Positions 9,605 through 20,043 of a stretch of 64,000 nt of DNA are shown piece by piece. This stretch comes from Methylococcaceae bacterium (GTDB lineage Bacteria; Patescibacteriota; Microgenomatia; UBA1400; PJMF01). The position numbers were made by a program, and so were the translations under genes. The DNA lies in contig JBILVZ010000001.1 in assembly GCA_044370175.1 (NCBI GenBank), forward strand, positions 43,579-107,578, given 5' to 3'. The notes beneath the pieces are model-generated. The model was not told where the DNA came from and ran no database searches. It saw only the letters and a program-made list of their open reading frames with translations. How positions within the stretch are numbered: the first letter of the stretch is position 1; each line of letters opens with the position of its first letter.

Positions 9605-10216
9605 TTAGCCAAGTGCCGCCACGTACTGGCGCTCTACTTCTGCCCAGTTCACAACACTCCAGAATGCACTAATGTATTCTGGACGACGATTTTGATACTT
9701 CAAATAATAGGCATGCTCCCAGACATCTAATCCTAGAATTGGTGTATCACCTTGCATCAGTGGTGAATCTTGATTTGGCAAAGAATAGATTGCCAATTTT
9801 TTGTCGGCAGTTACCACCAGCCAAGCCCAGCCAGAGCCAAAATGAGCTGTTGCAGTGGCAGTAAATTTTTCTTTGCATGCCTCAAAGTTACCAAAAGTTT
9901 GCGTGATCGCTTCCGCAGAACGTCCAATTGGACTGCTGTCTGCCTGTGGACCAATAACTGTCCAGAATAATGAGTGGTTGGCATGCCCTCCCCCATGATT
10001 GCGCACTGCACCTTTGACTGATTCTGGCAGACTAGCAAAGTCTTTTAAGAGATCTATAACAGTTTTTTGAGCTAATGCGGGGTGATCTTCAAGAGCAGTA
10101 TTGAGTTTGTCTACATAGGTTTGATGATGTTTCGTATGATGCAGCATCATTGTTTGCTCATCAATATATGGCTCAACTGCAGTGTATTCGTACGGTAGCT
10201 GAGGAAGTGTAAACAT
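9605..10216 (-). CDS. sodA: Fe/Mn superoxide dismutase (start MFTLPQ at 10216)
   Basis: [35 protein letters not shown]. Confidence 0.96.
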   Translation of the reverse strand: MFTLPQLPYEYTAVEPYIDEQTMMLHHTKHHQTYVDKLNTALEDHPALAQKTVIDLLKDFASLPESVKGAVRNHGGGHANHSLFWTVIGPQADSSPIGRSAEAITQTFGNFEACKEKFTATATAHFGSGWAWLVVTADKKLAIYSLPNQDSPLMQGDTPILGLDVWEHAYYLKYQNRRPEYISAFWSVVNWAEVERQYVAALG

Positions 10217-10319
10217 AGATCCTTTCAAAAAATCTTTTATTAAAAATAGGCACTGGTAGCAATACCATACCAAAAAATTATCATTCGGCAATCCGCAAGT
10301 TACCCAAATCTGCCCAACA

Positions 10320-11210
10320 TCACCTAGCACTCTCTTGCGTTTGAGACTCAGTCACAATTCTCGACAACTCCACCACTCTATCACGACCAATAGTGCGTAC
10401 AAACTGTGAAAATTGTGCTTGATCAAAAGTGGGTAAACCTGTCTCAGGTTTTTCTGGCAAAAACTGTTCTAGTGCTAAAAAGCCACGTGCACCACTTTCC
10501 AAAGCGGTTCTCAATTGCTCTTTTGCTACTGGATACGGGGTGTTACGCAGTGAAACCACCCAAGGGACATCTAGTTCTGCTGTAATCGTGACAGCACCCA
10601 ACGCATTGAGTGGATACTCCAGTGCCATCAGAGAACACAGTGTTCGCAACTCCTGAACTGCTCCAAGTTGTAACTCTGGAAACTGTTGCTGATACTCATG
10701 TTCACTCCCCTCCATGTATACGAGCACTTCGAGGATTAAATCAATTCCTTGGTGTTGGCAGTAGTCGTACACCTCAGCTACCAACTGCTTTTTGGCAGCT
10801 GCTTCTCTCTCGGTAGGATTAAAAAACAACTCAAGTTTTGCAACACTATAGTTGTTGCGGATCGCTTCTACACCCCAGTTTTGAGATAAAATCGGCACTG
10901 AGAGTGGGTCTGTATCAAAGAGACGCCGCTCAAGTGGAAAATAAACGCCAATACTTTCAAATAGTTTGCCAACTTGGTCAAAACTAATCTCAGGCACAAC
11001 ACCCACACCTGAAACTGCTTGACTATATACTTGCAATAACTCCGCTACTGCTTGAGGAAGTTGGGTAGCTTGCCTCTGTATTTGGTTGTGATTCTCAGAC
11101 GGCATAGGACGGGAAAGTGTAAGTCCTGTTCTATCAGCAATAGCCACCAATTGGTCAGTGGCGAGTAGCGTAAATAAACCTTGCTCGGTTGCAAGAGATT
11201 TGAGGTTCAT
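10320..11210 (-). CDS. Tagatose-1,6-bisphosphate aldolase (LacD)-like protein with degenerate active site
   Basis: [34 protein letters not shown] align by eye with the LacD TIM barrel. Confidence 0.75.
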   Translation of the reverse strand: MNLKSLATEQGLFTLLATDQLVAIADRTGLTLSRPMPSENHNQIQRQATQLPQAVAELLQVYSQAVSGVGVVPEISFDQVGKLFESIGVYFPLERRLFDTDPLSVPILSQNWGVEAIRNNYSVAKLELFFNPTEREAAAKKQLVAEVYDYCQHQGIDLILEVLVYMEGSEHEYQQQFPELQLGAVQELRTLCSLMALEYPLNALGAVTITAELDVPWVVSLRNTPYPVAKEQLRTALESGARGFLALEQFLPEKPETGLPTFDQAQFSQFVRTIGRDRVVELSRIVTESQTQESAR

Positions 11211-11322
11211 ATAAGCAGTATACTTGAGCAATTTTTATCTGGGAAGATGAATTAGGTGATTTTAAATTTATTCAGGTGTACAATAGTGGATACTAATAGT
11301 ATTCAGTATTTGAAAAGGTTCT

Positions 11323-12918
11323 ATGACCACACCCGATAGCTCTGATGCACGCACCACGTCTGAAAGTCAAGCCAATGCTCAAATACCAGTGCATGCTCAG
11401 AGTGGACTGCCTCCTATTTCTGAGCTTTTTTCACAGTCATGGGGAAAGTTAAAATTAGGAATACTTAACGCCCTGCTACTAACGATCATATACCTGGTCG
11501 CTTTTATCCCAGTCATCTTAGTGGGTGGTGGGATCTTTGCTGGTTTAACTGCTGCAGTGATGCCACTTGGTGAGATTGCTAGTCTTATTGAAGCAGAAAG
11601 GTACATTGAGTTAGTAACAGCGCTTGGCCCTACACTGCTCATTGCGGGCGGTAGCTTTTTCATCTTTATGACCATTGTTGGTACAGTCTTGGTATCAGTA
11701 TACACGGGGGCAATGACATATGCATTTGCATGGGCTGAAAAAAAACCGTCTCTTGGAGAGGTTTTGCGTGCAGCATTTGGCAAAGTCGGTTGGCTCATTC
11801 TAGCAACTCTGCTTGTGGGGGCACTTACCTTTGGTAGTTTCTGGTTACTGTTCTTGCCTGCGTTACTTATCAGTATCTTTAGTGGATTTACACTTTTAGA
11901 AATACTCCTTGAAAATAAAAAACCGCTTGAGGCACTCCAGAATAGTATTAGTCTAACAGCCGCACATTTTTGGGGAATTGTGGGGAGATGGTTACTCTAT
12001 TTTGTTGGGTATATCATACTTTCCATGGTTTTCTCGGAGCTAGCGAGAGTCTCCAACGACTTGGTTAGTACCGTGTTTCGACTCGTTAACACTATCTTTT
12101 CTTACCTAAGCGGCTGGTTTGTGATGGCATTTATGGTTACCCTGTACATGCACGTCAAAGCTACCACACCTGCACCAGCTCCCAAAAAAGGGGTGTTTAC
12201 TACCTTTGTGGTGCTAGCTGTACTCGGCTGGCTTATCTTTGGTATAGGGTTAGTAGCGGCTATCAACCTTGTGCAAACCAACCTACCTCGCTGGTCTGAA
12301 ACTGCTGCACTGTCAAAAAGTATCAGTAAAACCTATAGCGACTCTGGAGCTGCTGCTAACATCGAAACGCTACCAGTCAAAACAAGCTGTGACTTTGAAC
12401 TTGGGATCCCGACAAACAGTGGTACAGATGAACGCTACTGGATTTATGAAGAACGCATGGTTGCTGCAAGTGCTTTTCGTGGCCTAGCACCAAATAAACA
12501 AACTGCCGCAGGTGTACAAGCAGGGTATCTTTCCTATAAAACAGATGAACAACGTCTGCCAAAAGATGGAGATGCTCCCTTTGACATTGGCTATCCTGGG
12601 CTGAGAATCTACTGTGTAGCGAATACTGAAAAGTTGACACTTGAGCGTTTTGTCGAACGGGCAACTGCTAGTACTGATTACACAATTACTACTAACGGAA
12701 GCAACCGTGCCTATGGTGATTTACTTGTACAACCAGTGACAATTGCAGGCTTAACTAATGGCGATTACTACAATGAACAAGGGTATATAGCTGTTACTCC
12801 AGGACCCACTTCTCAGTTAGTCTTAATCCAAACTGTCGGCACTGATGCAGATGATGCTGACATTGAAAAAATCTATATGCAATTAGAAGCTGCAGGCAAT
12901 ACCATCAAGAGCAACTAA
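11323..12918 (+). CDS. Polytopic membrane protein with C-terminal extracytoplasmic domain
   Basis: About 7 hydrophobic segments in aa 45-320, then a soluble Ser/Thr-rich domain. Confidence 0.8.
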   Translation: MTTPDSSDARTTSESQANAQIPVHAQSGLPPISELFSQSWGKLKLGILNALLLTIIYLVAFIPVILVGGGIFAGLTAAVMPLGEIASLIEAERYIELVTALGPTLLIAGGSFFIFMTIVGTVLVSVYTGAMTYAFAWAEKKPSLGEVLRAAFGKVGWLILATLLVGALTFGSFWLLFLPALLISIFSGFTLLEILLENKKPLEALQNSISLTAAHFWGIVGRWLLYFVGYIILSMVFSELARVSNDLVSTVFRLVNTIFSYLSGWFVMAFMVTLYMHVKATTPAPAPKKGVFTTFVVLAVLGWLIFGIGLVAAINLVQTNLPRWSETAALSKSISKTYSDSGAAANIETLPVKTSCDFELGIPTNSGTDERYWIYEERMVAASAFRGLAPNKQTAAGVQAGYLSYKTDEQRLPKDGDAPFDIGYPGLRIYCVANTEKLTLERFVERATASTDYTITTNGSNRAYGDLLVQPVTIAGLTNGDYYNEQGYIAVTPGPTSQLVLIQTVGTDADDADIEKIYMQLEAAGNTIKSN

Positions 12919-12975
12919 TTTTTGACTTGATTCGGTTATTGGTCTGGGTTGCACTCTTATAGTTCGTACCTACAT

Positions 12976-13006
12976 GAAAAAGGCTCTGGTTTCCCAGAGC
13001 CTTTTC
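12976..13006. terminator. Bidirectional intrinsic terminator between convergent genes
   Basis: AAAAGGCTCTGG-TTTC-CCAGAGCCTTTT. Confidence 0.85.
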
Positions 13007-13026
13007 TTATTGCTAGTTAGGGACTA

Positions 13027-15327
13027 TTAGTCACGTCTCCCACCTCGGTCACCACGGTACCCTCCGCGATCGCCGCCATAACCTCCTCGGTCTCCACCGC
13101 GTCCACCGCGGAAGCCGCCACGATCACCACCTCGGTCACCACCACGGAATGGGGCGCGCGCTGGTCGGTTGGCACGAGCTTCTGCCTCTTGCTCTGCACT
13201 GAGCATGGAAAGACCAATTTTGCCATCGTCTTTGATTTCACTCAAACGGACATGTACTGCGTCACCGACTTGCACCATTGCTGCTGCATCTTGGACAAAC
13301 TCAGTAGACATATTAGAAACGTGCACCAAGCCTTCACGACCAGGAAGGTACTCGACAAAAGCACCATATGCTTCAACACGAGTGACAACTCCATCAAATT
13401 CTTCACCAATTTCTACGGTGCGGAACATATTGGAGACAGCCATTTTCGCGGCACTGATTTTCTCTTGGTCTGAAGAAGAAATGGTGACAACACCATGCAG
13501 TTTTGCAGCATCTTCATCAACGTCAATTTGTGCTCCATAGCGCTCAATTAAACCTTTGATGTTTTTGCCACCGGGCCCAATTAGTTCACCAATTTTATCA
13601 AATGGGATCATCACTTGCTCGATCTTTGGTGCGTATGCAGAAAGTTCAGTGCGAGGCGCTGGAATTGCAGCAAGCATCTTTTCTAAGATATGTAGACGAC
13701 CAACTTTTGCTTGATCGAGTGCTTGTTCAAGCACTGTGCGTGGCACACCTTTGAGTTTGATGTCCATCTGGATTGCAGTGATACCTTCAGTGGTACCAGC
13801 CACCTTGAAGTCCATATCACCGATGTGATCTTCAAGACCTTGAATGTCTGAAAGCACCACATACTCTTTGCCATCACTCATCAATCCCATGGCAATACCT
13901 GCCACAGGGCGTTTGATTGGGACACCAGCAGCCATGAGAGACATGGTTGATCCACAGACAGAAGCCTGTGAAGTAGAACCATTGGAACTCATGATTTCAG
14001 AGACAACATGAATAGCATAGGGGAATTCCTCTTGAGAAGGGATCATGGGTAGCAGGGCGCGTTCAGCTAAAGCACCATGTCCAATTTCTCGGCGCTTTGG
14101 CATTCCAAAACGACCAGCTTCACCAGAAGCGTATGGAGGCATGTTGTAGTGATGCATGTAGTGACGCACTTCTTCACCCTCAATACTTTCAATCAGTTGC
14201 CCTAAACTTGGAGCACCGAGTGTCGTAATGGTGACAGCTTGTGTAGCACCACGTTTAAACATTGCACTACCGTGAGTGCGTGGAAAAACATCAACTTCAC
14301 ACCAGATCTGGCGGATTTCGTCGGTCTTGCGTCCATCGGGACGTTGCTTATCGTTAATAATCATTTCGCGACCGACCTTTTTGGTCAGTGAATGAAAAGC
14401 TGCTGAGACTTCACTCTCAGTCAGTTTGGCAGCTTCGTCATCGACACCTTCGTTAAACTTTTCAGTGATCTGTTTGACGAGTTCTCCAGCGCCACTTTCT
14501 TCCAAACGACCTTCTTTTTCCACAACTTCGCGCAGTTCTGTTGCGTAACTTTCAAGGATACGTTGTTTGAGAGCAGCTGATTTACTTTCTGCTTCTGCAT
14601 CAAGTTCTACCAAAGTTTTTTTAGGTTTACCAATCTCAGTAACCATTGTGTTGATATCAGCACAGATACCTGCAAAAATTTCTTGCGCTTTCGTCAGGGC
14701 TTCCACCATTGTGGCTTCAGATACTTCATTGGCACCTGCTTCAACCATGACAATGGTGTCACCAGTACCAGATACGATTAAGTCCATATCTGCTGCTTTT
14801 TGCTCTGAAACGGTTGGATTGATGACAAATTGATTGGTAGCCTTTTGGTACCCCATGCGCATACCTGCGATCGGCCCATCAAATGGGATATCAGAGATTG
14901 CTAAACCAATTGCTCCACCAAGGAGGGCAAGCATATCTGGTTCGTTTTCGCCATCATAGGAAAAAACGGTAGAGATCAATTGAACTTCATTGGTGATGCC
15001 ATCAGGGAACATTGGACGAAGTGAGCGGTCTACGACACGACCTTTCAGGATAGCGTCATCACTTGGTCTGCCATCACGTTTGACCCAGCGAGAACCTTTA
15101 ATGATACCGCCTGCAAACAGTTTCTCAGCATACTCCACCGAAAGTGGAAAGTAGCCTAAGTTCACTTTACGACCTAAAGCGACGGTGGTGTGTACCACAG
15201 TGTCACCAGAACGAGTGATGACTGCTGCAGAGACTTGTTCGGTAAACTTACCAACCTCTACAGACACAATCTTGTCACCGACCTTGATGTCTTTTTTATA
15301 CGTATTCGGGTACAGAGGATATGACAT
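13027..15327 (-). CDS. pnp: Polyribonucleotide nucleotidyltransferase (PNPase)
   Basis: RREIGHGALAERAL, SNGSTSQAS, DMDFKVAGT, KH and S1 domains; AAAGGAG SD favours ATG 15327. Confidence 0.98.
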   Translation of the reverse strand: MSYPLYPNTYKKDIKVGDKIVSVEVGKFTEQVSAAVITRSGDTVVHTTVALGRKVNLGYFPLSVEYAEKLFAGGIIKGSRWVKRDGRPSDDAILKGRVVDRSLRPMFPDGITNEVQLISTVFSYDGENEPDMLALLGGAIGLAISDIPFDGPIAGMRMGYQKATNQFVINPTVSEQKAADMDLIVSGTGDTIVMVEAGANEVSEATMVEALTKAQEIFAGICADINTMVTEIGKPKKTLVELDAEAESKSAALKQRILESYATELREVVEKEGRLEESGAGELVKQITEKFNEGVDDEAAKLTESEVSAAFHSLTKKVGREMIINDKQRPDGRKTDEIRQIWCEVDVFPRTHGSAMFKRGATQAVTITTLGAPSLGQLIESIEGEEVRHYMHHYNMPPYASGEAGRFGMPKRREIGHGALAERALLPMIPSQEEFPYAIHVVSEIMSSNGSTSQASVCGSTMSLMAAGVPIKRPVAGIAMGLMSDGKEYVVLSDIQGLEDHIGDMDFKVAGTTEGITAIQMDIKLKGVPRTVLEQALDQAKVGRLHILEKMLAAIPAPRTELSAYAPKIEQVMIPFDKIGELIGPGGKNIKGLIERYGAQIDVDEDAAKLHGVVTISSSDQEKISAAKMAVSNMFRTVEIGEEFDGVVTRVEAYGAFVEYLPGREGLVHVSNMSTEFVQDAAAMVQVGDAVHVRLSEIKDDGKIGLSMLSAEQEAEARANRPARAPFRGGDRGGDRGGFRGGRGGDRGGYGGDRGGYRGDRGGRRD

Positions 15328-15350
15328 ATCCATCTCCTTTAAGTTATTTG

Positions 15351-15446
15351 GGAAAAGTGTTTGAGTATTCTGGAGAAAAGACACTGTCATGCTGATGTAT
15401 ATCAGTCAGTATCATCTCTCTCGAATCCTCTTCAACGCACTTTTCC
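15351..15446 (-). promoter_or_regulatory. Long imperfect hairpin in pnp 5' leader (candidate RNase III processing/autoregulation stem)
   Basis: GGAAAAGTG/CACTTTTCC closing a nested stem (GATACTG/CAGTGTC, CTGAT/ATCAG); TACAAT box just upstream at 15464-15469. Confidence 0.65.
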
Positions 15447-15461
15447 ATTAGTACTAAGACT

Positions 15462-16274
15462 CTATTGTACCACAGGAATCAGGCCATTTTCTCGAGTGAT
15501 GCTAAATGCATCACTTCCTATCGCCTGGACTTCATATATATTTCCCCATCCACCCCATAGTTCGTCAGGGTCATCGTACTGAACTCGTAGCCCCCTTGTT
15601 ATGACTGGGGAAAATGACAGTATATGCCCGAGCATCATGGTCTTTTTTGTTAAAGTATGAGCCCCAAGCAGTTGCCAACTCCCAGAGCTTTCTTCATAAA
15701 CCCAAAAACTCATGTTTATTTCATCATCATACCCTGCTTTTGAATCCCAGTCTGCTCTGTAGCGGATCTGAGAAAGTTTGATTGGTTTATCAAAAGAATA
15801 TGTTATATAGGAAAAATATGGCGAATCATCGCTTGTGGTTCGCCAGTTTGTAGTCCAATTAGCATCAATAGTGTTTTTTGGAACATATATATCTTGATAA
15901 TCGTTATAAACAACTTGACCTCGGCTTGCAAGTATTTGTGAAAGTGGTGAGATATTTTTGAGACCTTCCGGAATCTTTGGAACTGCTATGGTGGGATTAA
16001 ATGAAGTTATACGAAACTTTGTAATTGGCATAAAGTTACGCGCAATAGGAATAAAAGAATCTTGATAATCAGAGGGTTTTTTGTCTATCTGTGGTGTTGC
16101 AAGTGGAGATGAAGCTCGTATTGGCTCTCGAAGTGCAACAGTATTATTTTGACTATCAGGAACTTGCCAGAATTTAAACACGGCAATAAGCACCAAAAAT
16201 CCTATAAGAAAAATTACTGCGTCCTCCACTAGCGATTCTTCACTAGAATTTGATGACAAATTTTGCGAAACCAT
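15462..16274 (-). CDS. Membrane-anchored protein with C-terminal discoidin (F5/8 type C)-like domain
   Basis: N-terminal TM; YITYSFDKPIKLSQI...GSWQLL...TRGLRV...IYEVQA pattern. Confidence 0.65.
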   Translation of the reverse strand: MVSQNLSSNSSEESLVEDAVIFLIGFLVLIAVFKFWQVPDSQNNTVALREPIRASSPLATPQIDKKPSDYQDSFIPIARNFMPITKFRITSFNPTIAVPKIPEGLKNISPLSQILASRGQVVYNDYQDIYVPKNTIDANWTTNWRTTSDDSPYFSYITYSFDKPIKLSQIRYRADWDSKAGYDDEINMSFWVYEESSGSWQLLGAHTLTKKTMMLGHILSFSPVITRGLRVQYDDPDELWGGWGNIYEVQAIGSDAFSITRENGLIPVVQ

Positions 16275-16302
16275 ATGCTACTTAGCATAGCATATTGGGA
16301 AA

Positions 16303-16572
16303 TTACTTACTCAGACCCAAACGATCGATAAGTTTGCGGTAGCGCTCTTCACTGCGCTCGAGCAAGAAGTTGAGTAAGCGACGACGCTTAGCAACTTGTT
16401 TTAACAGACCACGACGTGAGTGGTCATCTTTTTTGTGTTGTTGGAGGTGGGCGGTCAACTCTTGGATAGACGCTGTTAACAAAGCGATCTGAACCTCTGG
16501 AGAGCCAGTATCACCCTCAAATAATTGATAGTCTGTGATGATTTGGGTTTTTTGAACTTTAGTTAATGCCAT
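16303..16572 (-). CDS. rpsO: 30S ribosomal protein S15
   Basis: [26 protein letters not shown]; start MALTK at 16572 after GAAAGGAA. Confidence 0.98.
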   Translation of the reverse strand: MALTKVQKTQIITDYQLFEGDTGSPEVQIALLTASIQELTAHLQQHKKDDHSRRGLLKQVAKRRRLLNFLLERSEERYRKLIDRLGLSK

Positions 16573-16589
16573 GGTATTCCTTTCAAAGC

Positions 16590-16629
16590 CGATGTCTCGT
16601 GAAGTCAAACCCTTGACTAACAAGCATCG
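16590..16629 (-). promoter_or_regulatory. Hairpin in rpsO 5' UTR (candidate S15 autoregulatory leader)
   Basis: CGATG-CTTGT-t-AGTCAA-gggt-TTGACT-tc-ACGAG-a-CATCG between a TATAAT box and the SD. Confidence 0.55.
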
Positions 16630-16675
16630 TAACCAGTTAAATATAACTTTATTATATCATACTACTTAAAATGTT

Positions 16676-18481
16676 TTACTTAAGATGAGTATTGCGCAAT
16701 CGCGCTTTAATGGCTTGCATTTCTATTGTGCTAATTTTTTTGCATGTATCAATATACGTAACCCCATATTGATACAAATCAAAGACATACGCCTGTTGAG
16801 TAGCCCCACTTGCTGAAAGAATCACTTTTTGAGGTTTAAAAGGCTTTGTTGCAGTTACATTGGTAACCAATAGTGCTTGTTGATTACTTGCCACAACTTC
16901 ACATGCGAGTTCATCCATATTCTTTTTAGAAATAATTATTTTATTTAGCTGTTTCGTATGCTGGAAACCACTTGGTTCAAGCTCATCAAGTATTGCTTCA
17001 TTTTGGTATTTTTTTGGATCATATTTATTAAAAAATGCGTAATACATTATGGGATCAGAGAAAAATGGTTGAATGTATATATAATGTGATGATTCATACC
17101 TCTGAAGATATGGCATAAGGGTATGTAAGTATGCATAGTAAAGATAATCATTCTTGTCAGAATGCACATACTGATAGTCCATGTAGAACTGTAGTGAATT
17201 AAATGTATATAACACAGTGATGCCAAGACAAATTCCCGTAAATAGCATATATTTTATTTTGTCATTTTGCGTAAAAAGACCTAAAAAGCTTTTGAATAAG
17301 GGTTTAAACAACTGAAAACCGATCGCAATACACATAACAAAGAATGGCAGGGCTACAGATAGTCTGACTCGTTGTGGGGCCCCCATTAAAGTGGAAGGAA
17401 GCACTGCGACTAAAATACCCAAGAGTATAAGTAATCTATGCTTATTCGATATATCTAGACCCAAATTTGGAACTCCAAAAAGAACATACACTATACCAAG
17501 TATAAAAAAGGGATATAAAACATATGAGAATGCTCCAAAACCTGAGACTGTCAGGTATGGTACATCAGTTTCTCCGTTTGTGGCCAAAAATTCTGCCGAA
17601 TAATTTTTAATGAAATGTCCAATTAGCTGATTACTAGCCGTAATTGGTTTATTCCAAAATATATCACACACATATCGAGGCATATGCCAGCTACAAAATG
17701 TACGATTTTCATTGATTCTCATCACAACACCTTGATCACTCAAAATCCCAGCTTGACTAAAACGCATGGTATTTACTGCGATGCTGTTAGGTAATAGAAA
17801 TGGCAGAATTGTTACAAAATAGGCTCCAAAAACTAAGACTATTGATTTTACATACAAATTCTCATGGAAATGTAGATAAACCAAGTATGCAAGTAAGATG
17901 ACAAATGTGACTGGTCGATATGCTATGTAGGCATACCAAGTTAATCCAATCACACATCCTGTTAGGAGTTTGTGCCACAACGTACTCTTTTCTTTCAAAC
18001 TCGTTAGGAAGCAAAGACCACCCATCCAGAAAAACAATCCGAGGTTAGACTCGAATCCAAATCTGCTCAAGATAAATGTCCAGGGACTAAATGCTACAAC
18101 AATTGCAGCTAGTAACCTTATACGTCGAGATAAACCTAAGTTTTTCGCTAAGACATAGGTTAGTGCGATGCTAGCTGTTCCAACTAACACTGATGGGAGC
18201 CTGACTACATATAATGATAGATCAAGCAACTTTATAAACGGTATCAGTAAATATCCGTATGCAGGCAATTTATAATCACCGAATGCTTTAAAAATGAGTG
18301 GCCATTGATTTCCATGTTCATCCGCTCCAGTTTGGAGAAGTGAATATGCAATATATCCAAAGTTCATCTCATCAACAAGTGCACCAATAGGTGCTTGATC
18401 TAATCTGTATAGCCGCAGCAATAGTCCCGCGACAACAATCAGAAAGAGCACAAACACAGAAATGTTTCTATATAATTTCAT
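16676..18481 (-). CDS. GT-C fold glycosyltransferase (GT39/ArnT/PMT-like)
   Basis: LLLRLYRL...VDE...YSLLQTGADEHG loop motif, SPW, many TM helices. Confidence 0.88.
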   Translation of the reverse strand: MKLYRNISVFVLFLIVVAGLLLRLYRLDQAPIGALVDEMNFGYIAYSLLQTGADEHGNQWPLIFKAFGDYKLPAYGYLLIPFIKLLDLSLYVVRLPSVLVGTASIALTYVLAKNLGLSRRIRLLAAIVVAFSPWTFILSRFGFESNLGLFFWMGGLCFLTSLKEKSTLWHKLLTGCVIGLTWYAYIAYRPVTFVILLAYLVYLHFHENLYVKSIVLVFGAYFVTILPFLLPNSIAVNTMRFSQAGILSDQGVVMRINENRTFCSWHMPRYVCDIFWNKPITASNQLIGHFIKNYSAEFLATNGETDVPYLTVSGFGAFSYVLYPFFILGIVYVLFGVPNLGLDISNKHRLLILLGILVAVLPSTLMGAPQRVRLSVALPFFVMCIAIGFQLFKPLFKSFLGLFTQNDKIKYMLFTGICLGITVLYTFNSLQFYMDYQYVHSDKNDYLYYAYLHTLMPYLQRYESSHYIYIQPFFSDPIMYYAFFNKYDPKKYQNEAILDELEPSGFQHTKQLNKIIISKKNMDELACEVVASNQQALLVTNVTATKPFKPQKVILSASGATQQAYVFDLYQYGVTYIDTCKKISTIEMQAIKARLRNTHLK

Positions 18482-18644
18482 ATACTCTGCATCTATGAAA
18501 ATAAATATCGTTGTATTTTGATATCTATAATTTGCTTCAGCAACGATGGAATTACAATTCTATTCGGCAGCGATTCAAAATAATAGTAGTAAATATACTA
18601 CGTACTGCCGTCCTAGTTTCCAAGATAAAGATGCAAAATTGGTC

Positions 18645-19862
18645 TTAATCTATAAAGGTTAACGCAATACCCTTTTGATCAGCACGACCGGTGCGACCAA
18701 TTCGATGGATATAGTCTTCGTATGTTTCAGGCACTTCGTAGTTAACAACGTGTGTGACGTTCTTCACGTCAATACCTCTTGAAGCTACATCTGTTGCGGT
18801 TAATACCTGAATCTTGTTTTTCTTGAACTGTTCCAAAGCGCGTTGGCGTTGGGACTGAGACTTATTGCCATGAATAGAAGCTACTCTAATACCACGAGCA
18901 TATAGATTCTGAGTTAATTTTTCGATACCATGTTTGGTTCTTCCAAAAATGAGTACCTTTTCCCAGCTTTCCTGGATCAAGAGCTCATGTAAGATCTCGA
19001 TCTTTGGACGACCATTGGTACGAATAACATCTTGATCAACGTTGGCAGAAGTATCCTGTGAAGGGATTTTAACGGTAATTGGATTACGCAAGAATTGCTG
19101 CATCAAACCAGCTACCTTCGCCGGCACAGTGGCCGAGAAGAAGAGCGATTGACGCTCCGTTGGTAGCTGAGCAATGATACGTTCGATGGTTTGGATGAAT
19201 CCCATGTCCAACATGCGATCAACTTCATCCAAGACAATACTTTGGAATCTATCAAAATGCAAAACCCTTTGTTTTGCCAAATCTTCAAGTCTTCCGGGCG
19301 TACCGATCACAAACTGTGGCTGCCTACGCAACCCAGCAATCTGGCCACCAAGGCCCACACCACCAATACATAACACTGAAGTAAGGCGCAGTTCACCAGA
19401 AAACCGGTGAAGCTCGTCTTCAATTTGTAGTGCCAGCTCACGAGTTGGAGCAATAATCAGGACTCGTTGTTCTGGATTGAGTGTAACTTTATTAATTAAA
19501 GGAATCAAAAACGCGGCGGTTTTACCCGTACCCGTTGATGCAATACCAATAATATCGTTACCTTCCAAAATTACAGGAATTGCCTGATCTTGAATTGGTG
19601 TTGGAGTTATGTACCCACGTCTTTCGATAGCGAAACGTAGTGCATCACAGACAGCAAAGTCTGCAAAAGCATGGGTTGGTTGATAGGCGACCTGTTCATC
19701 TGCTGTCGCCTTACGCACAAACAAAGAAGGATCGATGTATTGGCCTCTACTACGTGGTGCGCGTCTTTGACCACTGAATCCACCTGATCGTCTATTGGAA
19801 CTGAATCCGCCAGAACGTCCTTGTGAACCACGATCAGATCGCTCATTGCGAAATCGTTGCAC
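18645..19862 (-). CDS. DEAD-box RNA helicase
   Basis: TGTGKT, PTRELA, DEVD, SAT, HRIGRTGR. Confidence 0.96.
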   Translation of the reverse strand: MQRFRNERSDRGSQGRSGGFSSNRRSGGFSGQRRAPRSRGQYIDPSLFVRKATADEQVAYQPTHAFADFAVCDALRFAIERRGYITPTPIQDQAIPVILEGNDIIGIASTGTGKTAAFLIPLINKVTLNPEQRVLIIAPTRELALQIEDELHRFSGELRLTSVLCIGGVGLGGQIAGLRRQPQFVIGTPGRLEDLAKQRVLHFDRFQSIVLDEVDRMLDMGFIQTIERIIAQLPTERQSLFFSATVPAKVAGLMQQFLRNPITVKIPSQDTSANVDQDVIRTNGRPKIEILHELLIQESWEKVLIFGRTKHGIEKLTQNLYARGIRVASIHGNKSQSQRQRALEQFKKNKIQVLTATDVASRGIDVKNVTHVVNYEVPETYEDYIHRIGRTGRADQKGIALTFID

Positions 19863-19978
19863 AAAACTTTCTTATGCTGAAAAAAAATACTAATTTGAGG
19901 GAAGTTTAACGTTGAAATTAAAGCTAACCACAGACGCACATTTAAGTCTGTGCATCACTTTTCAGTCATTAAATAGGA

Positions 19979-20006
19979 AGTATACCAGAATACGCCAAAA
20001 TGTCAA
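19979..20006 (-). promoter_or_regulatory. Sigma70-type promoter of the DEAD-box helicase gene
   Basis: TTGACA-N16-TATACT with TG extension, about 110 nt upstream of the GTG start. Confidence 0.65.
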
Positions 20007-20043
20007 GAAACTATAGGATGTTTTGGCTGGTTGAGTACAAGCC

